Source: Mobula hypostoma (lineage: Eukaryota). From it: a DNA stretch of 64,000 nucleotides. The stretch spans positions 18,912,001 through 18,976,000 of the forward strand of contig NC_086097.1 in the NCBI RefSeq assembly GCF_963921235.1. Reading direction: 5' to 3'. The translations under genes and the position numbers were made by a program. Numbering within the stretch: position 1 is the stretch's first letter; each line of letters starts with the position of its first letter. The notes below the pieces were generated by a model that worked only from the letters and a program-made list of their open reading frames with translations, ran no database searches and had not been told where the DNA came from. Of this stretch, positions 35,331-48,606 are shown one piece after another.

Positions 35331-36753
35331 ATAAGACCATAAGACCACAAGACAAAGGAGCAGAAGTCGGCCATTTGGCCTATCAAGTCATGAGCTGATC
35401 CATTCTCCCATTTAGTCCCACTCCCCCACCTTCTCACCATAACCTTTGATGCCCTGGCTACTCAGATACCTATCAATCTCTGCCTTTAAATACACCCAAT
35501 GACTTGGCCTCCACTGCTGCCCGTGGCAACAAATTCCAAAGATTCACCACCCTCTGACTAAAAAAATTTCTTCGCATTTCTGTTCTGAATGGGCGCCCTT
35601 CAATCCTTAAGTCATACCCTCTCGTACTAAACTCCCCCATCATGAGAAACAACTTTGCCACATCCACTCTATCCATGCCTTTCAACATTCGAAATGTTTC
35701 TGTGAGGTCTCCCCTCATTCTTCTAAACTCCAAGGAATACAGTCCAAGAGCGGACAAACATTCCTCATATGTTAACCCTCTCATTCCTGGAATCATTCTA
35801 GTGAATCTTCTCTGTACCCTCTCCAACGTCAGCACATCCTTTCTTAAATAAGGAGACCAAAACTGCCCACAGTACTCCAAGTGAGGTCTCACCAGCACCT
35901 TATAGAGCCTCAACATCACATCCCTGCTCCTATACTCTACTCCTCCAGAAATGAATGCCAAGATTGCATTCGCCTTCTTCAACACCGACTCAACCTGGAG
36001 GTTAACCTTAAGGGTGTCCTGTACGAGGACTCCCAAGTCCCGTTGCATCTCAGAACTTTGAATTCTCTCCCCATTTAAATAATAGTCTGCCCGTTTATTT
36101 CTTCTGCCAAAGTGCATAACCATACACTTTCCAACATTGTATTTCATTTACCACTTCTTTGTCCATTCTTCCAATCTATCCAAGCCTCTCTGCAGACTGT
36201 TTCCTCAGCACTACCGGCCCCTCCACCTATCTTTGTATCATCAGCAAACTTAGCCACAAAGCCATCTATTCCATAATCCAAATCGTTGATGTACAACGTA
36301 AAAAGAAGCGGCCCCAACACGGACCCCTGTGGAATACCACTGGTAAACGGCAGCCAACCAGAATAGGATCCCTTTATTCCCACTCTCTGTTTCCTGCCAA
36401 TCAACCAACACTCTATCCACGTATGTAACTTTCCCATAATTCCATGGGCTCTTATCTTGTTTAGCAGCCTCATGTGTGGCACCTTGTTAAAGGCCTTCTG
36501 AAAATCCAAATATACAACATCCACTGCATCTCCCTTGTCTAGCCTACTTGTAATTTCCTCAAAAAATTGTAATAGGTTTGTCAGGCAGGATTTTCCTTTA
36601 AGGAATCCATGCTGAGTTCTGCCTATCTTGTCATATGCCTCCAGGTACTCTGTAACCTCATCCTTGACAATCGACTCCAACAACTTCCCAACCACGGATG
36701 TCAAGCTAACAGGTCTATAATTTCCTCTTTGCTTCCTTGCTCCCTTCTTGAAA
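35331..36753 (-). mobile_element. Young 5'-truncated CR1 (RT domain in two frames)
   Basis: ORFs 36144-36782 (NYRPVSLTS, YLDFQKAF, PQGSVLGP, KFADDTK) and 35473-36147; (CCATAAGA)n tail; highly similar to the 3' part of 43421-46675. Confidence 0.95.
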
Positions 36754-36807
36754 ATTTTGTTTGGTGTAGTCTGTGTCTGCATGCAACAGTAAGTAGATGT
36801 AGGAGGC

Positions 36808-37801
36808 CAGTGTTGGGTCTACTACTTTTCACATGTGTCGAGGTACTGGATGACTGCACAGATGGCCTTTTGGCTAAGACAGAAAGATAGGTGGTGAAGC
36901 AGGAAGTCTGCAGAAGGACTTGGAGAGATTAGAGGAATGCGAAAAGAAATGGCCGATGAACAATATTGCAGGGAAGTATACTGTCATCTATACTATACTA
37001 TAAAGTATCATACTATCATACTATAAAGGCATAGACTATTTTCTAACTGTGGGGTGAATTCAGAGATCAGAGGCACAAAGTGACTTAGGAGTCTTAGTGT
37101 AGGATTCCTTAAAGGTTAATGTGCAGGTTGAGTCAGTGGCAAGGAAAGCAAATGCAATGTTATCAATCATTTCGAGAAGGCCAGAATATAAAAAGCAAGG
37201 ATGTAATACTGAGGCTTTATAAGGTGTAGGCCAATCGGCATTTGAAGTACTGTGAGCAGTTTTGGACCCCTTACCTAGGAAAGGATGAGCTGCTCGTGGA
37301 GAGAGTCCAGAGGAGGTTCACGAGAATGATTCTGGGAATTAAAGGGTTAATATATCAGGACCTTTTGAATGGCTCTAGGCCTGTATTCACTTGAGTTTAG
37401 AGGAATGAGGGACATTTCATTGATACCTGTTAAATATTGAAATGCTCAGATGGAGTGGATGTAGAGAGGAAGTTGTGAGTAGTGGGAAAGCCCAGTACAA
37501 GAGAGCATAGCTTCAGAATACAGCGATGTCACTTTAGAACAGAGATGAGGGGGGATCTCCTTCGGACAGAGGCTGGTGAATCTATAGAATTCATTGCTAC
37601 AAGTGACTGTGGAGGCCAAGCCATTGGATACATTTACAACTGTGTTTGATAAGTTTTTTATTAGTAAGGATGTCAAAGATTATGGGGAGAAGGGGAAGAG
37701 AATAGGATTGAGAGAGAAAATAAATCAGCCGTGATAGAATGGTGGACAAGACTCGATGGGCTGAATGGTTTCATTCTACTCCTATGCATTATGGTCTTAT
37801 A
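36808..37801 (+). mobile_element. Old CR1 3' fragment
   Basis: Decayed VLG.LLF, ERVQRRFTRMILG; tail ATGGGCTGAATGG..CTACTCCTATG..TTATGGTCTTAT. Confidence 0.85.
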
Positions 37802-37867
37802 CAGGGTAAGTCACTGAAGCATTTTAGAGCAATAATGATGAGCAGACAGGGAGCAATGTAGTCACTC

Positions 37868-38925
37868 ATTCATACAGGTTAAGAGCCAATGGTATTACAG
37901 GAAAGATACTAACAGGGGTAGAGTATTGGCTGTTTGACAGGAGGCAAAGAGTAGGAATGAAGGGAGCCTTTTCTAGTTTGCTGCCAGTGAATACTGGTGT
38001 TTCACAGGGGTCTGTGTTGGGACCACTTCTCTTTATGTTATATGTCAGTGACTTGGATGACGGAATTGATGGCTTTATGGCCAAGTTTGTGGACAATAGG
38101 AAGATAGGTGGAGGGGTGGTTAGTATTAAAGAAACAGGAATGGTACAGAAACACTTGGGCAGATGAGGGGAATGGGCAAAGAATGGAATACAGTGTCGGG
38201 AAACGTATAATCATGCACTTTGATAGAAGTAATAGCATAGACTATTTTCTAAATGTAAAAATCTGATGCGCAAAGAGACTTGAAAGCCCTCGTGCAGGAT
38301 GGAGTCCGTGATGAAGAAAGTAAATGCAATGTTATCATTCATTTTGAGAGGACGAGAATATAAAAGCAAGAATGTAATGCTGAGGCTTTATAAAGCACTG
38401 GTGAGGCTTCACTTGGAGTATCGTGAGCAGTTTTGGGCCCCTTATCTAAGAAAAGATGTGCTGACATTGGAGAGGGTGTTAAGGAGGTTCACAAAAATAA
38501 TTCCAAGAATCAAAGGGTTATCATGTGAGGAGTGTTTCTCTAGAATTTAGAAAAAAATGATGGAGGATCTCATTGAAACCTATTGAATGTTGAATGGGCT
38601 AGAAAGAGAGGATGTTTCCTATGGTGGGGAGTCTAGGACCAGAAAGCACAGCCTCAAAATAGAGGGGAGTCATTTTAGGAGGAATTTCTTTAACCAGAGG
38701 GCGGTGAATCTGTGGAATTCATTGCAACAGGCAGCTGTGAAGGCCAGATCATTTACAAAGTTTGTAGATCGGAGGTTGATAGATTCGTGATAAGTCAGGG
38801 TATGAAAGATTATGGGGAGAAGGCTGGAGAACGGCATTGAGAGGAGAATGATCAGCCAGGATGAAAGGACAGAGCAGTCTCAATGGGCCGAATGACCTTG
38901 GAGCAGAATTATGTCATATGTTCTT
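37868..38925 (+). mobile_element. Old CR1 3' fragment
   Basis: TGVSQGSVLGPLLF, LRLYKALVRLHLEY, NFFNQRAVNLWNSL. Confidence 0.88.
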
Positions 38926-39000
38926 ACTTAAGAGGCATTTATGTAGATATTTACATAGGCGTTTGAATAGACGAGGCATAAAGCAATTATTAACTAATAT

Positions 39001-39130
39001 AAACATGAGAAAATTTGCAGATACTGGAAATCCAAACAACACACACAAAGTGCTGGAGGGACTCAGCAGGCCAGGCAGCATCTATGGAAAAAAGTACAGT
39101 CGACATTTCGGCCGAGACCCTTCGGCAGAC
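39001..39130 (-). mobile_element. Family-A Penelope pLTR arm with variant hammerhead
   Basis: Minus strand CTGCCGA-agggtctcggcc-GAAA-TGTC-GACTG then AGATGCTGCCTGGCCTGCTGAGT. Confidence 0.75.
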
Positions 39131-39746
39131 ATATAATATAGTTAATGTAACTTAACTCATGTAGGTAGGCATAACAGCATAGATATGGTGGGCTGAATGG
39201 CCTATTTCTGTGCTGTATGACTCTGACTCTATGATAGATATCAACCTGATGAACTCCAACAGATAGTTAGATTTAATATTCAATGCAGAATGAAACTGAA
39301 TCTCCTTTAGAATCTGAGTATTAGTTTCAATTACTGTTCCTTATGTAATCCAAGTATGTAGCTTTTGGAACATTTTAAATTAAATAGATGAGAAGTCTAA
39401 TCTGCTGTATAAAACATGAAGGATTTAGGTGAAAGTACCAAGATAATTATTCCATATTATCTACCATTTCTCTAGCACTAACCCTTCTTTCATGGAACTT
39501 ATTAGTATCTCCTTCTAAATCTCCTTAGTATGCGTGGGTGTGTTCCATGTGGACTTGGGGTTTTAATCTAAATGGTTTGCTGGTTGTTTTTCTCCCAGCT
39601 GTATGAATGGCTTTCAAGCTTATCCTCCGTTGTATTTGAGATCCAATTAGCTTATTTGTCACATATAAATCAAAACTTAGAGAGAAATATGCCACTTACA
39701 TCAAACTTCACCAACTAGGGTGGTGGTAGAGGCAGATAAATTAGAG

Positions 39747-39826
39747 CAGGGGTTCCCACCCCGGGGTCCACAGACTCCTTGCTTAATGGTGTTGGTCCAT
39801 GGCATAAAAAAGTTTGGAAACCCCTC
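39747..39826. mobile_element. 80-bp hAT (Charlie-like) MITE
   Basis: TIRs CAGGGGTTCCCA / TGGAAACCCCTC; 8-bp flanks AATTAGAG / CATTAGGG (6/8); inserted in a CR1 3' remnant. Confidence 0.75.
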
Positions 39827-40649
39827 CATTAGGGACCTTTAAGAAAAAGTTAGACAGGCACATGATTATGAGGAAACTGAAAGGATATGGACATTGTTTG
39901 GCAGAGGAGGTTCGTTTAGTTTTCTATTTCATTACTAATTTGCTTGGATCAGCACAATACTGTGGGCCGAAGTGCAGCAGAGGAACAGGCCGTATGCTCT
40001 ATGACCAACACAGTCTGATGACGTGATGGGGGCAGCCCACACGTGTCGCCATGCTTCCAGCCCCAACGTAGCATGTCCACCGCTTACCCTAACCCTGATG
40101 CATACACCTTTGGAACGTGGGAGGAAACCTATGTGGTCACAGAGAGGATGTACAACTCCTTGCAGTTGGTGTTGGGAATTAAACCCCAGTCGGTGATCAC
40201 TGTCATTGTAAAGCACTGTGCGAACCACAATGCTAAACTTGCACCATTTCTGTCATTATATCTGCAATTGCCTTGTTCATCATTTAATGGCCTTGGCCTT
40301 ACCTCAATGATCCTTTTACTAATAGTCTCTAAGCTGAATTGATGTTAAGGTTATATTTCTTCTTGTTCCTATCTTGCTTCTCATCTTGCTTTCTGTACAT
40401 TACAATTCCTTAGTTTTTTATTGCCTAAAATTAGTTAAATTCCTTTTTTTTTGCTTTCAGAAGAATTAACTTGTCTTGAACTCCCTTGATTACTCTTTCC
40501 TAGATCGCCCTTTTTCAGTGTTTTCCAAGACTTTCTTCTCTTGTGTATTCATGACTTGAACTTTATAGAGAGGCCACAATTAAGAAGTGCCACCGAAAAC
40601 CAAAGTTGGCCTTGCTGGTAATTAATGGGGAAGAAAGTTCTAGACCATG

Positions 40650-41085
40650 GGAAGATATCAGCAGGAGAGATGCCACAAGAAAGCAGCATCTACCATCAAG
40701 GACCCCACCATCCAGGCCATGCTCTCTTCTCTACTATCATTGGCCATGAGGCACAGGAGCCTTGGGCCTCACACCACCAGGTTGGACACCATCCTTCAGC
40801 CATGAGGTTCCTGAATCAGCGTGAATAATTTCACTCAACTCAACATTGAACTGATTCCATAAGCTATAGACTCACTTTCAAGGACTCTACAACTCATCTT
40901 CTCTGTATTTTTTTTTTGTTTACCCAATTTGTCTTTTGTTCGTTGGTTGTTAGCCTTTGCTTATGAACAGTTTTCATAAATTCTATTATATTTCTTTATT
41001 TTCATGTAAGTACTTGCCTGATAATAAATCTCCGGGTAGTAAAGAGTGACATATATGTACTTTGATAATATATTTACTTTGATTT
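40650..41085 (+). mobile_element. Rex1 3' fragment
   Basis: AAAGCAGCATCTACCATCAAGGACCCCACCATCCAGGCCATG; tail GTACTTTGATAATATATTTACTTTGA. Confidence 0.8.
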
Positions 41086-41137
41086 TGTTAATTAGGTGAC
41101 AGGTCAGGTAGGTGGCCAACTGGAATTTTGTCCAGAC

Positions 41138-41217
41138 CAGGCGTTCCAAACCTTTTTTCTGCTGTGGACCAAGATTATTAAGCAAGGGGTCCATGGACCC
41201 TAGGCTGGGAATCACCA
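41138..41217. mobile_element. 80-bp hAT MITE, same family as 39747-39826, opposite orientation
   Basis: CAGGCGTTCCAAACC...TTAAGCAAGGGGTCCATGGACCC..GGGAATCACCA; flanks GTCCAGAC / GTTGAGAC (6/8). Confidence 0.72.
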
Positions 41218-41874
41218 GTTGAGACATATATGAAGTAATGCAATTTGAGAAGTTGGCAGAGCCACAGCTGGAGAACTGTGTACAGTTCTTGTTGACACAT
41301 AGCAAGAGAAGGACATGAGAGCACTGGAAAGGGTGCAGAGGAAATGTAAATGCTGCTTGGGCTGCAGAGTTACCATTATAAGGAGCAATTGCCTAGGTTG
41401 TGGTTGCTTTGTTGAAATTAAGGAGACTAAGGAGTAATTGAATATTAGTATATAAAATCAGAGTGAAATGGGAAGGGCCTGTATTCTTTGACAGAGAAAT
41501 AGAGAATGAAGGAACATGTATTTAAATTAATTGTAGAATTATTGTTAATTGTAGACCTCCACCCATTAACCCACCCCACCACAACATCCAGATCAGCCAC
41601 TTCTCTCCACAGCTCTATATAGATAAACTAATCATATTTATATACGGCCGCACTTAACAGTTACTTGCACATTGTGTTTTATAGGATTGTTTTTGTATTT
41701 ACTGTATATTTATCATGTTCTTATGCTCATTGTGTTTTTATGCTGCATTGGATCTGGCGTATCAATCACTTTGTTCTCATATTCTTTGATTCTTCTCGTA
41801 TACCGAAGAATGACAATAGCAATACTGAATCTTGAGTAAGAGTTGGAGGAAATTGACTTCACTTAACAGATAAT

Positions 41875-42062
41875 GCAGATGTCGACTTCATTGCCTGATA
41901 AGACCATGGAATGCAGATGTGGAGCTCATTGCTTAATAGGAATAGGGAATGCGGATCTGGACTTCATTACCTGATAGGGATATGGAAACAGGAGTGGACA
42001 TCATTACCCTGATAGGGACATTAAAGCAGTTGTGGACCTCATTGCTTGAAAGGGTCATGGAA
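41875..42062 (+). repeat. Degenerate minisatellite, 5 units of 37-38 bp
   Basis: Consensus ~GCAGATGTGGACYTCATTGCCTGATAGGGACATGGAA; units of 38,38,37,38,37 nt. Confidence 0.85.
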
Positions 42063-43420
42063 GCAGACAGCATCATCACATTTGAAAAGGTACCATTGAA
42101 AGCTTGAGTAAGAGGGATTAACCTATTATTTGAGTGCAGCAAGAACATGTTGAGTTCGATAGCGATAGCCTCCACTAAAGCCATAAGTGTTTCTGCTTCT
42201 ACCGCTTGGCCTTCAATTCCAGTCTCCATTCCTCGTGAGCGATATTTACATTTTTGATCTTGTGCTATTTGTGTCTCTCCCAGTCCTAACCTGGAACGTT
42301 ACTGATTTGCCATCCTGTCATTCCTTTTCTCACCTTCTCAGGTTCATTACCCATTAAACATTAAAAGATTAAATAGTAGCTTTATTTGTCGCATGTATAT
42401 TGAAACGTACAGTGAAATGCTTCGTTTGCGTCAAATCAAATCAGTGAGGATTGTGCTAGGCAGCCTGCAAATGTTGACACGCTTCAAGCATGCCCACAAT
42501 CCTCTAACCTGAACTGTACATCTTTGGAAAGTGCAAGGAAGCTTGAGCACTTATGGAAAACACACCCAGTCACACGGAGAACATACAAACTCCTTACAGA
42601 CAGCGACAGCAGTCAAACTTCAAGCTCACAATCAGTGCCGTGAAGCAATTGCACAAATCACTATGCCCCTTATAACATCAAGCACTGACTCTTTTCCTGT
42701 TGGATTTTGGCTTATGATTCAAGAAAGGTGTCCCCTATGCACTTTGCAAAAGCCTATTTCCCTCTTATTCTTTCACTTCTTCCTGATAGCTTACATGGAG
42801 TTAACTGTAATCTCTTGTGGTTATTACTTAGTTGACTACTTGCTACACATAGTTGCCTACACCAGTTACATTCCACTATTTGGGAACTGATCAAGTCTCC
42901 ATTTTGGTTTTCAGTCTTAGGTGCATGGATTGTGACCAAATAAAAAATGGCTGGAGTGGCTTCGCACAGAAAAATCAAACACACAAAATAGCAAAAACTG
43001 TGAGGAGAAAACTGCCAAATTTTATAAATTGTCTTGTAAATTGTCCTGTGATTAGCCTAGGGTTAAATAGGTGGGTTGAGGGGCAGTGAAGCTTGTTGGA
43101 CCAAAAGGGCTTGTTTCATGCTGTATCTCTCAATATAATAAATGGATTCTATAACCACCTTGTCAATTTTGTATTCCTTTTCTATTAGGTGCCATAAAGT
43201 TTCATCTTAAATATGTTATGTCCTTCAATATTTAATTGTTAATCCCTTTCTATTTGACCATCGTCAGTTATATCTACTATATCTGAAACCTCTTTCCTAA
43301 TTATCACCCCTATTTTATTTGAATATTATTGATTGATACTTCCCTCTGTCCACTATTTTAAGTTGTTTCTGCTTTGTTCTTTGTTTTTATAACTTTGAGC
43401 ATTATGGATCGCTGGGTAGT

Positions 43421-46400
43421 CCATAAGACCATAAGACAAAGGAGCCGAAGTCGGCCATTCCGCCCATCGACTCTGCTCCGCCATTTTATCATGAGCTGAT
43501 CCATTCTCCCATTTAGTCCCACTCCCCCACCTTCTCACCATAACCTTTGATGCCCTGGCTACTCAGATACCTATCAATCTCTGCCTTAAATACACCCAAT
43601 GACTTGACCTCCACTGCCGCCCGTGGCAACAAATTCCATAGATTCACCACCCTCTGGCTAAAAAAATTTCTTCGCATTTCTGTTCTGAATGGGTGCCCTT
43701 CAATCCTTAAGTCATGCTCTCTCGTACTAGACTCCCCCACCATGGGAAACAACTTTGCCACATCCACTCTGTCCGTGCCTTTCAACATTCGAAATGTTTC
43801 TGTGAGGTCTCCCCTCATTCTTCTAAACTCCAAGGAATACAGTCCAAGAGCGGACAAACATTCCTCATATAGTTATCCTCTCATTCCCGGAATCATTCTA
43901 GTGAATCTTCTCTGTACCCTCTCCAACATCAGCACATCCTTTCTTAAATAAGGAGACCAAAAGTGCCCACAGTACTCCAAGTGAGGTCTTACCAGTGCCT
44001 TATAGAGCCTCAACATCACATCCCTGCTCCTATACTCTATTCCTCTAGGAATGAATGCCAACATTGCATTCGCCTTCTTCACCACTGACTCAACCTGGAG
44101 GTTAACCTTAAGGGTATCCTGCACAAGGACTCCCAAGTCCTGTTGCATCTCAGAACTTTGAATTCTCTCCCCATTTAAATAATAGTCTGCCCATTTATTT
44201 CTTCTGCCAAAGTGCATAACCATACACTTTCCAACATTGTATTTCATTTGCCACTTCTTTGCCCATTCTCCCAATCTATCCAAGTCTCTCTGCAGATTGT
44301 TTCCTCAGCACTACCGGCCCCTCCACCTATCTTTGTATCATCAGCAAACTTAGCCACAACGCCATCTATTCGATAACCCAAATCGTTGATGTACAATGTA
44401 AAAAGAAGCGGCCCCAACACGGACCCCTGTTGAACACCACTGGTAACCGGCAACCAACCAGAATAGGATCCCTTTATTCCCATTCTGTTTCCTGCCAATC
44501 AGCCAACGCTCTATCCACGTATGTAACTTTCCCATAATTCCATGGGCTCTTATCATGTTAAGTAGCTTCATGTGTGGCACCTTGTCAAAGGCCTTCTGGA
44601 AATCCAAATATACAACATCCGCTGCATCTCCCTTGTCTAGCCTACTTGTAGTTTCCTCAAAAAAATTGTAATAGATTTGTCAGGCAGGAGTTTCCTTTAA
44701 GAAATCCATGCTGAGTTCTGCCTATCTTGTCATATGCCTCCAGGTACTCCGTAACCTCATCCTTGACAATCGACTCCATCAACTTCCCAACCACCGATGA
44801 TAAAGCTAACAGATCTATAATTTCCTTTTTGCTTCCTTGCCCCCTTCTTAAATAGCGGAGTGACATTTGCAATTTTCCAGTCCTCTAGAACCATGCCGGA
44901 ATCTATCGACTTTTGAAAGATCATTGCTAATGCCTCTGCAGTCTCCACAGCTACTTCCTTCAGAACACTAGGGTGCATTCCATCTGGTCCAGGAGATTTA
45001 TCTACCTTTAGACTATTCAGCTTCCTGAGTACTTTCTCTGTCGTAATTGTGACTGCGCACACTTCTCTTCCCTGCCACCCTTGAGTGTCCGATATACTGC
45101 TGATGTCTTCCTCAGTGAAGACTGATGCAAAATATTCGTTCAGTTCCTCCGCCATCTCCTTATCTCCCATTGCAATTTCTCCAGCATCATTTTCTATCGG
45201 TCCTATATCTACTCTCACCTGTCTTTTACTCTTTATATACTTGAAAAAGCTTTTAGTATCCTCTTTGATATTATTTTTTAGCTTCCTTTCAGAGTTCATC
45301 TTTTCCCTCTTAGTGACCTTCTTAGTTTCCTTTTGTAAGCTTTTAAAAACTTCCCAATCCTCTGTCTTCCCACTAATTTTTGCTTCCTTGTATGCCCTCT
45401 CCTTTTCTTTAACTTTGGCTTTGACTTTGGCTTTGGCTTCTCAGCCACGGTTGCATCCTTTTTCCATTCGAAAATTTCTTTTTTTGGAATATATCTGCTT
45501 TGAACCTTCCTCACTTCTCGCATAAACTCCAGCCACTGCTGCTCTGCCGTCCTTCCTCCTAGTATCCTTTTCCAGTCAGCTTTGACCAGTTCCTCTCTCA
45601 TGCCACTGTAATTTCCTTTACTCCACTGAAATACCGACACATCGGATTTTGGCTTCTCTTTTTCAAATTTCACAGTGAACTCAATCATGTTATGATCACT
45701 GCTTCCTAAGGGTTCCTTCATCTCAATCTCCCTAATCATCTCTGGTTTGTTACACAATACCCAATCCAGTACAGCGGATCCCCTAGTGGGCTCAACAACA
45801 AGCTGTTCTAAAAAGCCATCTCGCAGACATTCTACAAATTCTCTCTCTTGAGATCCAGTGCCAACTGGATTTTCCCAATCCACTCGCATATTAAAATCCC
45901 CCACAATTTTCATAACACTGCCCTTCTGGCAAGCCTTTTCTATTTCCTGTTGTAATTTGTAGTCCACATCACTGCAGCTGTTTGGAGGCCTGTATATAAC
46001 TGCCAGCAGGGTCCTTTTACCCCTGCGATTTCTTAGCTCAACCCATAAAGATTCTGCATCTTCTGATCCTATGCCACCTCTTTCTAATGATTTAATATCA
46101 TTTCTTACCAATAAAGCCACGCCTCCCCCTCTGCCTACCTTCCTATCCTTCCGATACACCGTGTATCCTTGGACGTTCAGCTCCCAGAGACATGCATCCT
46201 TTAGCCAGGTCTCAGTGATGGCCACAATATCATACCTGCCAATCTGTAGCTGTACAACAAGATCATCCACCTTATTCCTTATGCTGCGTGCATTTAAGTA
46301 TAACACCTTAAGGCCAGTATTTGTTACTTTTTCCTTTGATTGCACTGCAACTTTATTGCACTGCAACTCATCCCAATGGCTGTAGATTTGCCCCATCACC

Positions 46401-46675
46401 TGCCTGTCTTTCCTCACATCTTTACTGCTCACTATTTTTGATTTATTTCTGTTTTCCCCTTCCTCCGCTCTATCATTCCGGTTCCCATCCCCCTGCCAAA
46501 TTAGTTTAAACCCTCCCTAACAGCTCTGTTAAACCTTCCCGCCAGGATATTGGTCCCCTTCGGGTTCAGGTGTAACCCGTCCATTTTGAAGAGGTCATTC
46601 TTCCCCCAGAAGAGTTCCCAATGATCCAGGAATCTGAAGCCCTGCCCCCTGCCCCAGTCTCTCAGCCACACATCC
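43421..46675 (-). mobile_element. CR1 LINE truncated within ORF1; ORF2 (APE endonuclease + RT) frameshifted
   Basis: ORF1 end WLRDWGRGQGFRFLDHW..DGLHLN; ORF2 LYLNARS, AITETWL, IYRPP, GDFN, LDWV, SDH, then RT motifs over several frames; (CCATAAGA)n tail. Confidence 0.95.
45296..46432 (-). pseudogene. CR1 ORF2 apurinic-like endonuclease segment
   Basis: 378-aa ORF with NARS, ETW, YRPP, GDFN and SDH motifs; drifts out of frame at its C-terminus. Confidence 0.9.
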
Positions 46676-47521
46676 AGCAAAAGTAGTCCTGCTACTCTTA
46701 TTCCCTTCTCATTGCTTCCACCAGATTAGAGCTCCACTCTCCATAAACTTGAACTTAAAAACTGCTGCCCTTCTTCCACCAGCACTCAACACAATTCTCC
46801 CTTCACCTATGTGTGGTTAGTCTACATTGGCTCTCATTAGAGCGACGTCTCCAGTATAAAATATTTACACCCTCTGAGACCTCACCCCTCTAAAACTCTG
46901 TCACCTCCAACACCCATTAAAGTCTCTTCCTCTTCAGACATTATACACCTGCCCCTAAGAGTCAAAGCTTCGTTTATTGTCAGATGCACAAGTGCAATGA
47001 AAAACTTACTTTCAGTGGCATCACAGACACAGTGACGCATAGCATCAGATACACAACCTTTGCAAGAGAAAACAAAGGCAACGATTACGCAAGAAAGAAC
47101 ATAATTAGTAAAACAGAAGCCCATTTTAGTGCAAAGTGGTCAGAGTGTTCCTATACTAATTAGAGGTATCCAGTTTGGTTGAAGAATAATTTGGTTGAAG
47201 GGAAGCAGCTGCTTTTGAACCTGTTGGTGTGGGACTTCAGACACACACAACTCATTTCACTGTACGTTTCCCTGTGCATATGGTAAATAAAGCTCACCTT
47301 TCTGTACCTCCTGCCCAGTGGTAGCTGTGAGGAGATGGTGAAGATCTTTGCTGATATTGTAAATGTTGCCCGTGTTTTCCTTTATGGAATGATAGTATAC
47401 TGCGGTGAAGTATCCACTAATTTCTAACCTTTCCTCCTGCAAGATTGGACTCTAAATCAACATCTGTCTGAAGGAGAAGTCAGAGTTAGAAATCTGGAAT
47501 GGGCTTTCTTTCCATTCCTCC

Positions 47522-47720
47522 TGTTGTGTATTTATTATTTCAGTTGCTGTATATTGGTTGATTAAGCACTATACATTTAAATAATTAATTGTAAGTTATA
47601 TATAAAATACACTAATTGCATACATCATCATGCTATCACGTGATGAACTACACTCGCATTTCAGACTCTTTGTAAATTTCTTTGAATTAATTTCATGTTC
47701 TGAAGTTGCAGAACATAACA
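47522..47720 (+). mobile_element. Solo LTR of the Gypsy family at 60405-63821, perfect 5-bp TSD
   Basis: TGTTG...TAACA termini, CCTCC at 47517-47521 and 47721-47725, ATATTGGTTGATTAAGCA and CATTTAAATAATTAATT shared with the reverse complement of 60405-60650. Confidence 0.88.
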
Positions 47721-48606
47721 CCTCCCACATACCAGAATCTTGCCACTGCCACTTTCTCTTTAATTTATCGAACACGGTGTTTATTTATTGTTGGTTATCC
47801 ATGATTTAATTATCTGAACTAATTGGTCATTTGAGATCTAATCTCATTAAAAAGGTGGGCTTAGCTTGATTTCACATGATTTAGATGGGATTAGATTTGT
47901 TATTAACATTTCAAAAATACATTTAAAATTTAATCACTTGGAAGTGTCCAGTGACTTAAAATTGCACTTGTATTAAATTGTTGCACTTAAATTATTGCTA
48001 ACTGAGATTAATAGTAATCATTAGATGTAGGAAGAATCCAAACCCTTGGCACTACTTGTTCCTTTATGTCTTTGGGCCTAATGCTCGACTCTGTGATTTG
48101 GGGGTTGATGTGCCTGTTCCGTTTTTGTTTGTTTTTTTGTACGGGGGTGGGGGGGTACTCAGGAGTTGGTGATCGTGCTGCCTTTCTTTCTTGGTTTCAT
48201 GGCTACCTGGAGAAGAATTTCAGTTGTAGACGTTGATAATATTTGAACCTTTATAGATTTTGCAATGGTTGCAGAGGACTGGTGTTGTGTATGTGGCCTG
48301 TTTATACAACTACGTTATTAATAAAAACGCTGGAGATGGGAACTAAGTTTCATGGTTCTCTACTGGTAGAATCCGAACTTAACACATGCATACAGATCAA
48401 TACATGCCTAATAGCACGTGCAACAACGTGTTACTAAAACATAAAGTAGTCTCTTATTATAATGTAGGCTCTACGGTACACTCTTCCCCTTCTATTTTAA
48501 TAGTGTATCAACTGTATTTTTTTACTGGGGCACTATGCTAAACAAATATGTTTACCCTTAACATACAAATGCCTACCTTTTTTTTTACTTTTGGTCTAAG
48601 ACCCAC

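Noticed and set aside
35331..36753. Segmental duplication with 43421-44850
   Set aside because: Similarity stops at the element boundaries and flanks differ; two insertions of one CR1 subfamily
41875..42062. CRISPR-like periodicity of ~37 bp
   Set aside because: Units are contiguous with no unique spacers, derive from CR1, and there are no cas genes in this vertebrate DNA
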